Part shown: positions 1 to 12,509 of the stretch, piece by piece
Layout of the letters: each line of letters begins with the position of its first letter
Position numbering within the stretch: the first letter of the stretch is position 1
Source: Octopus sinensis
Lineage: Eukaryota
Reading direction: 5' to 3'
DNA length: 64,000 bases
Assembly: GCF_006345805.1 (NCBI RefSeq)
Contig: NC_042997.1
Location: 135,718,001-135,782,000 of the forward strand
Notes under the pieces: generated by a model
What the model saw: only the letters and a program-made list of their open reading frames with translations
Database searches by the model: none
What the model was told of the DNA's origin: nothing
Made by a program: the position numbers and the translations under genes

Positions 1-1145
1 AGGCTATTTTAATAGGAGCGAACGATATAATTTGATCAATTATTAGAAAATGGCACTAGGCCAACAAAAAAAATTATATAAATTGTCAAATGTTTTCAAA
101 TATTTCGCAGAAGTTTCTATCAAAAAATTAAGATATTATAATTAACAGTCACCCAGTTTATTTGTTAAAAATATTTACAAGAATAATTAATTGAATAAAT
201 AATTTCATAAATCACGGTGAAACAAATTTATTTATCCAAAACTTATTTCGTTGCTCCATGAGACGAATACGAAGCTTGGGTGCCCAAAATCAAATCACAG
301 AAAGATCAAAATATGTAATCAACCTTACTTAGTGTGAAGTTCAAGTGTGCCTAGAAGCTTAGTTAGATCTGTTTTCCTCTTATTCATCAATATTAAAGTA
401 TATTTAATACTAAAAGTATTAAACATCCACTACTTTCTACAAAGACAGTATCATTATCTCCTTTTTAACCATTTACCTGAAATTATTATCTGAAGAAACA
501 TATTATTAATGCTACATACGAAATCAGCAGTATCTTCGAAAGAGGCAGGACATAACAATTCCTTTCATTCATTATCATAAACATATATAAACGGCATATG
601 TTAGTAACAACTAACCTGATAAGATTCATGAATTAAATGAATATATATATATATAAATACATCATGATGTGTATGTGTGTATGTGTGTCTGTGTGTCCAT
701 TCTGTCAACACGTCAATCGTAAAAGTCTTCCCTGAAGACGGATGCTGCTGATATCCGATGATGGAATCTAGTTATAAGCATTATTTGTTTTGAACCACCA
801 AGCCCCAGAAACAGCTGTTGGACTCGTAAGGCTCCTACGCAACTCCCATAATTACTGATATCATTACCATTCTGAGTAATATGTCGGACTTCTTTTATAT
901 GCATACATATTTACATTCTTTGTAAATGTATTTAATAATTTTGTATATTGACCTAATCTGCTTGTCGCTACATTTATTTCTCTATCTAGTCGAGTTCAAA
1001 TTTCTTGAGCACTACGAAGTGTATTTCATACAGAGTAATTATCTGTAATCTTTAAATTTTTATATATATATATATATGTTGGATCGCTAGCTTCTGCACG
1101 CATTTTTTTCTCTCCTTGTTTCTCTCCGTGTTTCTTTTCTGTGTA

Positions 1146-1183
1146 TCTTTCTGTTGAAGAGCGTAGGCTCGAAACGTTAAAGA
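1146..1183 (+). ncRNA. Minimal type I hammerhead ribozyme relic in a PLE terminus (A6U core change)
   Basis: TCTTT-CTGTTGA-A-GAGC(GTAG)GCTC-GAAAC-GT-T-AAAGA: stem I 5 bp, stem II 4 bp, palindromic ACGU stem III; module flanked by (TA)n. Confidence 0.75.
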
Positions 1184-1279
1184 CTTGTTTTATTTATATT
1201 CCTGAGCGCCATACTAATACAATTGTTTGTTTGTATTCCACCTGCCTTCGTCTTTTGTTTATTTTCATAAAGCTTCCCG

Positions 1280-1320
<41 letters not shown>

Positions 1321-1467
1321 ACTTATAAATAAGGGCAAACGAAATAATTTCTAATGCCAAATATGCCGAAAATTGGACATATTATCCATAACCATATAAT
1401 TTTTCACAATACGCACGCTACTCGATAACAAGCCAACAGAAATTTCTAAAACATTCCATTATTACAA

Positions 1468-1520
1468 TATCGGACCGATTTCAGGGTTAGTTCGTAAGAA
1501 CCCTCCCTTCGTCAGTGATA
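1468..1520 (-). ncRNA. Degenerate hammerhead ribozyme
   Basis: Minus strand TATCA-CTGACGA-AGGG-AGGGTT(10 nt)AACCCT-GAAAT-CG-GTC-CGATA; extra AGGG and one stem I mismatch. Confidence 0.6.
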
Positions 1521-1717
1521 AATGTGGCAAAGAAATAAATTAGATACTTACTCATACTCATGGAAGAAGCATAGATAGATAGATACGATTGTATCTATGT
1601 ATATACATGTATGTATGCTTGTATATATATATGTGTGTGTGTGTGTGTGTCTGTGTCTGTGTCAGTTTGTCTGTGTATGTTTGTATGTATGCATGCATGT
1701 ATGTATGTATGTATGTA

Positions 1718-1759
<42 letters not shown>

Positions 1760-1952
1760 ACTTATTAAGACGGTTATTCGCAATTTACAACCGAAAGGCA
1801 ACAAATATGGTCGTCTCTAAATCGATGGAGGGTGCTAGTGAGCACCAGAATTGTTAGAAATAAGTGTCAAAACAACACTTAGCCACGTGAGACCACCTTT
1901 CTATATAAATTGAGACTGAGCACACAGGATAAAACATTTACACTATCCATGT

Positions 1953-2310
1953 ATGACGACAACACATGTAGAACGTGTCAATACATGCATACTTGTAGAT
2001 CCATTAAAACGAAAATGGACAGATGTTCGCAAAATGCAGAAATTGATCTACTGCATTAAATGCTCTAATTGCCAGGAACTATATACTGGCGAGACAGGAA
2101 ATGAATTATTGGAACGCAAACGAGTCCACAGACAACAAATCCGGAACACTAATTTTCGCCAAATTCCATTGGGCGAACATATAGAAATATGTAGTACGAA
2201 AATGTTTATAATTTTTCCTTTCCACAAGTGAGGTTCGAAGAAAGATAAAAGAAAAACGTTTATTATTAAAATGCTCAAACGTGTTCTGAACGGAAATAAC
2301 GACAATAATT
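1953..2310 (+). pseudogene. Penelope-like element GIY-YIG endonuclease remnant
   Basis: LIYCIKCSNCQELYTGETGNELLERKRVHRQQIR...IPLGEHIEIC...IFPFHK matches the PLE GIY-YIG pattern (xIY-CxxC-YxGET); stop at 2229-2231. Confidence 0.8.
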
Positions 2311-3112
2311 TAAAAACCAGTTAATGTTATGGATTAAAAAATATGTTTAACATATAAATATAAACAAATTACAGAAGAGGCTCACCAATTGAAATAAAAC
2401 TATCGAAACCTACTAACAATCGAAACCTACGTGTATATCGCAAGCTAATTGGTTAAAATTAAGTGGGGATCTAGGCCAGTAATATCGGTGCGCCCGGCAA
2501 ACCGTGACGTTTAAGGTACATGCAGATTGGTAAAAATCATATTCGAAAAACTCAGCTTGTTGGAGCATTCTCAGAGGCATAAAAAGGAAGACGTCAAGCT
2601 GCATTATATCATTCACCAGTAAAACTGACCGACATGAATATTGAAAATATTTTTCTTATTCTAATGTTGGATAATATTGTGAACTATATTGACATTAATG
2701 TGGAGCTGATTTGAAAGTAACCCAACACCACTTCATCAGTTTTATTAATTAAGAATTATCTTTCTAAACTTATCTGAAGTTCTTGAATTATTCTTTTCCC
2801 TTTTCTAAAATTATGTATACAAAATGTTCGATAATGGCCTTATATATTTATATTTCAAGTTAAATATATAAGTATGCCAGCTTACACCTAAGTGATTGAG
2901 ATATACTAACACACTTAATTTTTAATTGTTATCTAAATGTATAACATATTATTTACACAATAAAAATGTCATGATGGGATGTCATTGTTAGCAGGGTATT
3001 TATTAAACCAATTACTCTTCAAAATTATACATTACAAATATTTCGTTGTGGACTTACATACATATAATTATCAAACATTCTTTTGAATACGTTATTTACG
3101 TTAATTACATTA

Positions 3113-3272
3113 GGCGCAGGAGTGACTGTATGGAAAGTAGCTTGCTTATCAACCACATGGTTCCGGGTTCAGTTCCACTGCGTGACACCTTGGGCAAATG
3201 TCTTCTACTATAGCCTCGTGTCGACCAAAGACTTGTGAGTGGATTTGATACACGGAAACTGAAAGAAGCCCG

Positions 3273-3325
<53 letters not shown>

Positions 3326-3557
3326 ACGTGTGTATATGTTTGAGTGTCTGTACTTGTCTGTCCAACATCGTTTGAAAACCGATGCTGGTGTGTTTTCGTC
3401 CCCGTAACTTAGCGATTCGGCAAAAGACACCGATAGAATAAGTATTAGGCTTATAAAGAATAAGTCCTGGGGTCGATTGGCTCGACTAAATGCGGTGATC
3501 CAGAATGGCCGCAATGAAATGACTAAAAACAAGTAAAAAAATAAAAGAATAAAAGAA
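3113..3557 (+). mobile_element. tRNA-derived SINE, family A
   Basis: Head GGCGCAGGAGTGACTGTATGG...GGTTCAGTTCC (A/B-box-like), CCTTGGGCAAATGTCTTC core, internal (TA)n, tail GCGGTGATCCAGAATGGCCGCA...(AAAAGAAT)n. Confidence 0.85.
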
Positions 3558-3880
<323 letters not shown>

Positions 3881-4295
3881 GTATTTAAGAGTAATACAAC
3901 ACTTCTGAAATATCTCATTCGAGTAAAACTACCAACAGAAAAGGATATGACCCAAAACTGCGTGTACTCCTTCACATGCGACTGTGATAGGTTATACAAA
4001 ACGAAGCATGCCGCCTCCTCAAAATAAAGGTAGAGGAACATCGCAAACTGTGACACGCGGAGATATTGATACATCTGGTATAACTAATCCCGTATGGAAA
4101 AATGGAGACCCCCCCCCCTGTGAGTGAAGTTAAAATGATAGACAGAGAACACCACTGGAAAATACGAAAACTAAAAGAAGCAGCACCTATGCTAGGACAC
4201 CATTGCTTCCTAAGCAGACCGAGTGCAAATAGCATACTGGGACCAGTATTAAGGAAGGATAGGAAAATATTAGATTTATAAGTCCTAAAATTCAT
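3881..4295 (+). pseudogene. 5'-truncated PLE GIY-YIG endonuclease C-terminus
   Basis: With frameshifts reads LLKYLIRVKLPTEKDMTQNCVYSFTCDCDRLYK...LKIKVEEHRK...EVKMIDREHHWKIRKLKEAAPMLG...LSRPS. Confidence 0.8.
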
Positions 4296-4307
4296 CCATA
4301 ACTACAC

Positions 4308-4593
4308 ACGGACTTATGGCGTAGTGGTTAAAAGCGCGGGCTACTCGCCCCGAGATTCCGAGTTGGATTCCATGCAGCGACATGAATAATAATAATAATA
4401 ACAACAACAACATCGAGAATTACCTTAGGAATTAGAAACCGGGTTCGAAATTTCCCCAAGACACCTGACGAAGGCTGGAGGGTATATCACCTGAAAAGTT
4501 GTGCTAACAGCAAACAAGATGAAGACAAATATCCGTCAAGTATAACTTATATAAATAATGTACTTAATTCCTCATCTCTTAAATATAGAACTG
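4308..4593 (+). mobile_element. PLE 3' terminal repeat with tRNA-like head, (AAT)n and hammerhead
   Basis: TGGCGTAGTGGTTAAAAGCGCGGGCTAC...GAGTTGGATTCC head immediately after the GIY-YIG remnant. Confidence 0.8.
4460..4505 (+). ncRNA. Degenerate hammerhead ribozyme
   Basis: GACAC-CTGACGA-A-GGCTG(10)CACCT-GAAAA-GT-T-GTGCT; orthologous to 3602-3647, stem II and GAAAC mutated. Confidence 0.65.
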
Positions 4594-5239
4594 GATTATT
4601 CTTTTGAATTTTCACAATATTTTCTATGAAATATTTCAAATATGATTTAATAGTAATAATCTCCATAACCGGACTACATCTAATTCGAATTACGTTCATA
4701 TATACAGACTTTGGATTGCATTCAAAACAAATCCATCAATTTGATAGGTATAGATTTAATCAGTAACACTTTGCAACCAGAAGCTAATAACACAGCTTTG
4801 TTTCCCCACGTTTGTTTGTAGCCATCACATGCTACATGTAATAATTTCTTCAGTAATCGATATTCAGAGCCACAGTACTTTCGAAATTTAACAAGGTGAA
4901 ATACAGCGCCAAATAAATCGATCTGGGTGACCAAAAATGCTCTGAAATCATCATGCATTATTGATTCTCCAACTTTTGGCTAAGTAATGAAAACAGACAG
5001 AATTTCTGCTATGTTTTGCAACGGTAATTGCTGTTGTTAAAAACTTAACGTACGTAACTTCATTTAATAAATAATAAACTTTCTGCCAGCCCCAAGATAT
5101 TATCACGTTCTTTCTTTAAGAATGTGGTCAATTATTATTTATTTATTTATTTATTTGTGCGCTTGCAAATAGCGACGATTGTATATTTCTAATTGGGATT
5201 AAATACAACATAAATGACTGCTTGTTGTTAGACATATGT

Positions 5240-5468
5240 TTGCCAGAGAGACCTGCATGGTGTGGATGTACGTGTCTTCAAAACAAAACAGGGGCTATTC
5301 CTGTCAAGGGTTCCAGATGAGCCTACCACACGGCAGGAAACCCAGATGAAGATAGCAACATCAAACCTCCTCATTCACCGAATGCCACATATCGGAGGAG
5401 GTTTTAAAAAATGGTCAAATGTGGTACCGCAGCATAACCGTAGCTTTGAAGCTGAAACAATTTAAAGA
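5240..5468 (+). mobile_element. CR1-group LINE 3' fragment (diverged subfamily)
   Basis: DLHGVDVRVFKTKQGLFLSRVPDEPTTRQE matches the C-terminus of ORF 9462-10808. Confidence 0.8.
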
Positions 5469-6162
5469 TTTATGTGTGTGTGTGTGTCTGTGTCTGTGTA
5501 TATGTGCGTGTGTGTGTGTGAGCGTGCGTGCGTGCCTGTGTATGTGTATGTATTGTATACTGTTCCATTAAGATAAGATCAAGGAAATAAGTTCTTCACC
5601 CAATTAGAGATAAATATGATTTCATGTATACAGTATAAAGGTACGAGTTACTAATAGTTTCTTGCTGGGAAAACTACTACTACTACTACTATTATTATTA
5701 TTATTGTTGTGTTGTTGTTGTTGTTGTTGTTGCTGTTGTTGCTGTTGCTGCTGCTGCTGCTACTGCTGCTGTTATAATCTAACACAGTTTGATTTGGCCC
5801 CATGAACCTTGAAACCTTGCAGGATCATTAGAGGAGCCTAGCACGTCACTCTCTCACTTCCTCTCCCGCACTCTCTTTCTCTCTCACTCCATCTCTATCC
5901 TTCTCTTTCTCTTCTATCTCTTTCTCTCTCATTCACTCTCCCTTTCTCTGTATATATATATATGTATATAAATACGTATGTAAGTATGTATGTATATTTG
6001 TATGTATGTAAGTATGTATGTATGTATGCATATATGTATGTATATGTATATATATATATATAAATACTCTGAGTAACAGTTTTCGTGATATTTTTGCTCA
6101 TTTTTGATAAAGTATATATGTATTATATATATATATATAGATACATATTTCTATTATTATTA

Positions 6163-6244
<82 letters not shown>

Positions 6245-6295
6245 CATCATTATATATATATATATACTCTTATATATATATATATATATTATATA

Positions 6296-7565
6296 TTCTT
6301 TTACTCTTTTACTCGTTTCAGTCATTCGGCTGTGGTCATGCTGGAGCACCACCATGCTCTTTTTGACTTCCTCAGTCTGGGTGTTTCACATCACCACACC
6401 TGTATGTGCCTTTTTCCCATCTGTGGGTACATTTGATGTATAATTTAGTTTGATTCCGCAGCTCTCGTCTGTACCTCATGCCGGGCTGTTGGTTCATCCG
6501 ACAATGTGGAGAAGAAATGGCTAATTCCTTTTTGAAGTCATCTAATTTCTTATGCAATTTTCTTAATTTTTGTGGCAGGGCATTTAAAAGCTGTGGGCCT
6601 CTGAACCCTAGACTATTGCTGCAATACCTAGTCCTGAATTTCGATGGAGTGGACGTTACCTTTGGTACAATGCAATAGCGGTCAGTTCTGGCATTTGTAT
6701 AACGCTCAATGCCAATTTTTGGTACTAGCCCTTCTAGGATTTTCCATATGTATGTTATTGTGTATCTGTCACGCCTTCACTCCAAGTAGTAGAGTTGATG
6801 TTTTGTTAGCCTATCCCTATAGCTCAGCCACTGCACTGTTTCAATCTTTTTAGTATATTGGCGTTGGACTGCTTCATGCTCCGCTGTTAGTTTGGCACTA
6901 TGTGGTGACCATAACTGGGAACAGTAGACAAGGCGGCCGAGAACAAATGTTCTCCACAGGGTCAACATACTTTCTTGGTCTCTTGTCTTGAAGGACCTCA
7001 GTATCCCTTGTGCCAGTTGTCTGCATCTTGCTGCCATCTTACTTATGTGCATATGAAATGATGAGTCAATTCACATGCTGATACCCAAGTCTTTCACTCT
7101 GGGATTGTAGTGCCTTCATGTCCTGTAAATGTACAAATGTACATTGTACTGTATTTGTACTGAGTTTATATTGCAGTGCTTGAAATTTTCCAGCATTAAA
7201 CTGCATGTTGTTTATTTCGGCCCACTTGTATACTGAGTTCAGGTCCCGTTGTAAGCTTGTAACATCCTCTTGGTTTATTACTGCCTGTGATAATTTTGTG
7301 TGATCGGTATAGCTACTGACAGTGGCTGCCCGAGTGGTTGTGGGCATGTCTGAGAGGGCTATTATGAACAGTAATGGCCCCAGAACATTTCCCTGGGAGA
7401 AACCAGTTACGATTTGAGTTTCCTCCGAAAGGGCGCCATTGCTTCCAACCACCTGACTTCTGTTTTTCAGGAAGTTATGCAGCCACTCAGTTTGAAAACA
7501 ATACCAATGCCTCGTAGCTTATGACTTATGCCATGATCTACCTTATCAAATGCCTTTGCAAAGTC
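6296..7565 (-). mobile_element. CR1-group LINE, 5'-truncated, decayed RT plus 3' tail
   Basis: KAFDKVDHG, SQGNVLGPLLF, SYTDHTK, YCSQLWSP motifs; tail GGTGGTGCTCCAGCATGACCACAG...(AGTAAAAG)n. Confidence 0.9.
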
Positions 7566-7607
7566 AGGACATATCCTTCTGACATCTGAATACATTATAT
7601 ATAACAA

Positions 7608-7687
<80 letters not shown>

Positions 7688-7720
7688 ATATATATTATAT
7701 ATATATATAATATATATATA

Positions 7721-7764
<44 letters not shown>

Positions 7765-8660
7765 GATCATCATCATCATGATCATCATCATCATCATGGT
7801 TATAACGAAAGATATTTAACCGAGTAAGGGTCGGGAATTAACCGATCTGAAGTGGAGTTGAAGAGGTTAGAATAATTACGCAAAAAAGATGTAAAATAAA
7901 ACTAGAGGAATATTTAAACAAAAGAAGCTGTCAGGTAAGATTATATAATATGAAGCATGTTATATTCAATTAATTTTAATGAGTTATTTCTCCAGAAAAT
8001 GTAGAATTTGTAAAGTGACCATGAATATATTAAAGGCTGGGCCTTATAAATGATTAATTTGTAATGATGATTAAAAAGGAAAAGTATTTCAAATCAATTA
8101 GCGCGTTTCTGGACGGAATAAGTAAGTAGTGTGTTGAAAACTAAGGTGATACAGAACGTCCGTATGTAAAGAAGACGTAGCATGTGGTATGAAAAGTTAC
8201 GTGTGGTGGCGTAATGTGATTTTATAGCATTTTCGTTAAAATAGATTCAGAGTATCTCTGCATAGAAATGTTTTTAGAGAAGGAATCGTTTAAATTATCT
8301 GTTTCCTTTTTGCGATCTAGCTTTTAGCTTATGACTTACGCAATTTCAAAAGTACATTCTTTACATAAATTCATATTTTTTCCCTTATACCTAGGTCCAG
8401 TACAGACGAGTTCACTTCCTTATGAAATCAACTAAATTCACATATTCAAATATTTTAGCAGAGAAATGCACGACTTGCCCTTCTTTTTCAGTACAAGTTT
8501 GGAATTACTTTCGTAATTCATTGCTCTTTGTGTAGTCTGATTGTCTTTAAGGTGTAGTTTGCAATCGAACACAACTTAAATTCCTTTCCAACGACAATGG
8601 CTGTATACAATCATTAACCTTCAGATGTTCGTTTGGGATCTCTGGTACATTATTCCCACC

Positions 8661-8718
8661 AGACGAAATAATGCTAAGCATTTCGCCCGACGCCCTAGCT
8701 TCTGCCAGCTCGCCGCCT
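8661..8718 (-). mobile_element. tRNA-derived SINE family B, head fragment
   Basis: Reverse complement GGCGGCGAGCTGGCAGAAGCTAGGGCGTCGGGCGAAATGCTTAGC; same family as 60406-60610. Confidence 0.7.
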
Positions 8719-8771
8719 GGAACTTCGCTTTATCAATACACATTTGCCATCTTCTATTCAAACTCTATTAA

Positions 8772-9202
8772 TCTATATATATATAAAACTGAGAATGTGT
8801 GTCTGCCTGTCTGTGTGAATACCTAAAACTTGAGAACTACACAACCAATTTCATTCAAATTTTACACATGCCTTACTTAGGGTCCATGTAGTGTCATGGG
8901 CAAATATATGTTTAACTTCTTGCCCAGGACGAGCCCACAGCAATATCATATCTTCTCCACTATTTCTGTATTACTTATTAAAAGTGAAACAAAAACATCT
9001 CTCTATTGTAATGTCATATACTTTCACTTTAATACTGAAACTATTAAAGTCAAACTATTATATAAGAGGGATGAACCATTAATAGTGGACATCCATTTTG
9101 CTAGAAGATCCGCTATAGTCTTGTATGCTACACCACTGGTTTTCAATTCATATTAATTAAATTAATATTCAATTTCTCACCCTTATTATTTAAAATTTAA
9201 AT
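8772..9202 (+). mobile_element. Non-autonomous Helitron, 5' portion
   Basis: A|TCTATATATATATAAAACTGAGAATGTGTGTCTG...CAACCAATTTCATTCAAATTTTACAC; same terminal grammar as 63359-63733. Confidence 0.65.
9048..9202 (+). repeat. 155-bp direct repeat, copy 1 (copy 2 at 11267-11424)
   Basis: AGTCAAACTATTATATAAGAGGG...AAAATTTAAAT present twice; copy 2 carries an extra AGA. Confidence 0.95.
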
Positions 9203-9260
9203 TTAAACCAAAGACCATGTGTTTCGAACGAAGTTTGTTACCACACAGCCACACCTGCAC
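9203..9260 (-). mobile_element. SINE family A head fragment (inverted)
   Basis: Reverse complement GTGCAGGTGTGGCTGTGTGGTAACAAACTTCGTTCGAAACACATGGTC; shares unusual variants with the head at 11534. Confidence 0.75.
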
Positions 9261-9370
9261 CTATGTATGTGTGTGTGTATGTGTGTATAGCTGTATATGT
9301 ATACATTTATTTCTATACATATAGATGTTTATGTATACATGTATATGTGTAGATGTATATATATATATAT

Positions 9371-11269
9371 GATTTGATTTTGATTTTGATTTTTCCAGTT
9401 TCAGCTAATGAGCTGTGGCCATGCTGGGGCACCGCCATTTGGTTTGCTACACGATTTTACCTCACGGATGCTTTTTAGCAAACGCCATCTGATGCATGAG
9501 AGAGTTCGATGTAGCTGCCCTCATCTGCACCTCCTGCCGTGAAGTTGGTTCATCCGGGACACCTGACAGGAAGAGATCCAGTCCTACTTTAAAGACATCC
9601 GCATCTACACCATGCAGGTCCCTTAGGTTCTTCGGGAGGGTATTGAAGAGCTGTGGGCCTCTGAAGCCCAGGCTATCACAATATCTTGTCCTACATCTTG
9701 ATGGCAAATTTGGAGTCCTTGGTACTACGCAGTGGCGTCCGGTTCTGGCATTTGTGTGACTCTCGATGCCAAAGTCTGGGACAAGTCCTTCCAGGATCTT
9801 CCAGATATATATTATGGCATATCTTTCTCGCCTACGCTCCAGGGAATAGAGCTTTAATCTCTTGAGTCTTTCCCAGTAGCTCAAATGCTGCACAGACGCT
9901 ATCTTCTTCGTGTAGCTTCGTTGGATCGCCTCAAGTTCTGTGATCAACTTGACACTGGATGGTGACCATAGCTGAGAGCAATAGTCAAAGTGGCTTAGGA
10001 CAAGTGTCTTCCAGAGGACCATCATGGTTTCTTGTTCTCTTGTTCTAAAGGTTCTAAGAATCCTGCCAGCCAGCCGTCTACATTTCATTACCAGTTTAGC
10101 AACATGTACATGAAAGGTCGCGTCATCACTCATGTGAATACTCAGGTCACGCACTGATTGTGCCTCTGGGATTGCAATCCCTCCGGGTCCAGTGTATTCA
10201 TTGGGTATTGCATTCAGTTTTGCATGCTGATAGTATAAATCTTGAAACTTTTCAGCATTGAACTGCATGCTATTCTTTTCAGCCCACTTGTATATTTCGT
10301 CCAGCTTACATTGCAGGTGCTTAGTGTCCTCAGGGTTCTGTATTGCCTGTGAAACTTTTGTATCATCTGCATAACTTGTGATCGTGGCTCTCTGCGTGGC
10401 TGAGAGCATGTCTGAGAGGGCCATTATGAACAGCAGTGGTCCCAAAACAGTGCCCTGCAGAACACCGCTCATTATTTGCGTGTTAATGGAAGTGGCCCCA
10501 TTGGCTACTACCACCTGACTTCTATTCTTCAGAAAGTCATGAAGCCATTCTCCCAATTTTCCAACTATGCCAAGATCACGCAGTTTGTGACATATCATTC
10601 CATGATCGACTTTATCAAAGGCCTTTGCAAAGTCGAGATATATGACTTCCACATTTGAGTGGTTGAGCAGTTGTTTCAGCACCCAGTCATAGTGTTGTAG
10701 GAGCTGAGTTAAGCAGCTTCTTCCTGGTCGGAAACCATGTTGGGTGTCAGGCAGCAAGTCATTTTCTTCAAGGAAGGTGATTAGTTTCCTTCTGACTATT
10801 CGTTCCATGACCTTGCTGATGTGTGAGGTGAGAGAGATAGGTCTGTAGTTCTTGGCATCCGCTCTGCTACCTCCTTTATGAATAGGGCATATTTTACCTA
10901 CCTTCAGTTTTCTTGGAAGTTTGCCAGCTGCAAGGAAGCTCTGAAAAAAGGAACTGCAGTGGTCTTACTAGGATCTCTTACATACTTTTAGGGGGATTGC
11001 CGGGAATCCATCGGGGCCAATAGCTGAGTCTGTTTCCATTTCGTCTATAGCCTTTATTATATCGTCTTCCTTTATATCGATGTAATTTATCATCGCCGCC
11101 TCTGATTTTATATCTGCAGTGGTAAAGAAGTCAGTTGGATTGCTGATTTGGAAATGCCCAAGGGGTGGAGTGAAAACACTCTTGAATTGCTCATTCAGTA
11201 TTTCACTTACCCTCATTGGTTTTCCTGTGAGTGTGCCATCCTTTTCAAGGAGTGGCCCTATCCTACAGT
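9371..11269 (-). mobile_element. Young 5'-truncated CR1-group LINE
   Basis: 3' UTR stem-loop and (ATCAAA)n tail at 9371-9436; one frameshift near 10975; 5' junction has AGT microhomology. Confidence 0.95.
9462..10808 (-). CDS. Reverse transcriptase domain and C-terminus of CR1-group ORF2 (open for 448 aa, N-terminally truncated)
   Basis: QHGFRPGRSCLTQLL, IYLDFAKAFDKVDH, GVLQGTVLGPLLF, YADDTK, LERRRERY motifs. Confidence 0.95.
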   Translation of the reverse strand: MERIVRRKLITFLEENDLLPDTQHGFRPGRSCLTQLLQHYDWVLKQLLNHSNVEVIYLDFAKAFDKVDHGMICHKLRDLGIVGKLGEWLHDFLKNRSQVVVANGATSINTQIMSGVLQGTVLGPLLFIMALSDMLSATQRATITSYADDTKVSQAIQNPEDTKHLQCKLDEIYKWAEKNSMQFNAEKFQDLYYQHAKLNAIPNEYTGPGGIAIPEAQSVRDLSIHMSDDATFHVHVAKLVMKCRRLAGRILRTFRTREQETMMVLWKTLVLSHFDYCSQLWSPSSVKLITELEAIQRSYTKKIASVQHLSYWERLKRLKLYSLERRRERYAIIYIWKILEGLVPDFGIESHTNARTGRHCVVPRTPNLPSRCRTRYCDSLGFRGPQLFNTLPKNLRDLHGVDADVFKVGLDLFLSGVPDEPTSRQEVQMRAATSNSLMHQMAFAKKHP

Positions 11270-11419
11270 CAAACTATTATATAAGAGGGATGAACCATTA
11301 ATAGTGGACATCCATTTTGCTAGAAGAAGATCCGCTATAGTCTTGTATGCTACACCACTGGTTTTCAATTCATATTAATTAAATTAATATTCAATTTCTC
11401 ACCCTTATTATTTAAAATT

Positions 11420-11424
<5 letters not shown>
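11267..11424 (+). repeat. 155-bp direct repeat, copy 2
   Basis: Matches 9048-9202. Confidence 0.95.
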
Positions 11425-11456
<32 letters not shown>

Positions 11457-11533
11457 GTAATATGTACACATATATATTCACATATATACATGCATACATA
11501 TATACACCCACACACACCAACACACACACACAT

Positions 11534-11905
11534 GTGCAGGTGTTGGTGTGTGGTAACAAACTTCGTTCCAAAACACATGGTCCTCAGTTCAGTCCCACTG
11601 TGTGGTGATTTGTCATGTGTCTTCTGCTATAGCCTCAGACCAACCAAAGCCTTGTCAGTGGATTTTGTAGACAGAAACTGAAAGAAATCAATCGCATATA
11701 TATGTATGTATATATGTAAGTATGTGTGTGTGTCTTTGTGTTTCTCCCTCATCACTGCCTCACAACTGCTGTTCGTTTATTTACATCCCCGTAACTTACT
11801 GGTTTCACAAGAAGAAACTGATAGAATAAGTACCAGGCTTATCAAAATAAAAAAAAACACTAGGCAGTATCTCATATTTTTGTTTGCCCACACAATTTAT
11901 CTTTG
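11534..11905 (+). mobile_element. SINE family A
   Basis: GTGCAGGTG...GGTCCTCAGTTCAGTCCCACTG...CTATAGCCTCAGACCAACCAAAGCCTTG...GATAGAATAAGTACCAGGC. Confidence 0.8.
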
Positions 11906-12043
11906 TGTGTGTGTGTGTGCGTGTGTGTACATACATACATACATACATACATACATACATACATACATACATACATACATACATACATACATACATACAT
12001 ACATACATACATACATACATACATACCTATATATATAGAGAGA

Positions 12044-12305
12044 GATTTCGTAGACAGAAACTTGAAGAAATCAACCGTATATATATGTATGTATATATTT
12101 AAGTCTATGTGTGTGACTCTGTTTCTGTATTTCACCCTCATTAATGCTTCACAACTGCTGTTCGTTTATTTACATCCCCATAACTTACTGGTTTCACAAG
12201 AAGAAACTAATAGGATAAGTACCAGGCTTATCAACATAAAAAATGCACTACGTTGTGTCTCATATGTTTGTTTTCCCACTCAGTTGTATCTATCAATTTA
12301 TTTGT
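12044..12305 (+). repeat. Diverged local duplicate of SINE A 3' half plus flank (copy of 11661-11905)
   Basis: Shared private sequence CACAACTGCTGTTCGTTTATTTACATCCCC..TAACTTACTGGTTTCACAAGAAGAAACT. Confidence 0.8.
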
Positions 12306-12314
12306 GTGTGTGTG

Positions 12315-12391
<77 letters not shown>

Positions 12392-12509
12392 CACACACAC
12401 ACGCACGCACACACACACATATATATATACATGTATGTATATGTATACATTCATATTTATTATATCAAAGACAATGTATTTATGTATTCGTGTATTACTT
12501 ATACATTCG

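Noticed and set aside
728-766. Hammerhead-like CTGAAGA-C-GGAT..ATCC-GATG
   Set aside because: GAAAC half of the core is destroyed; at most a relic, not counted
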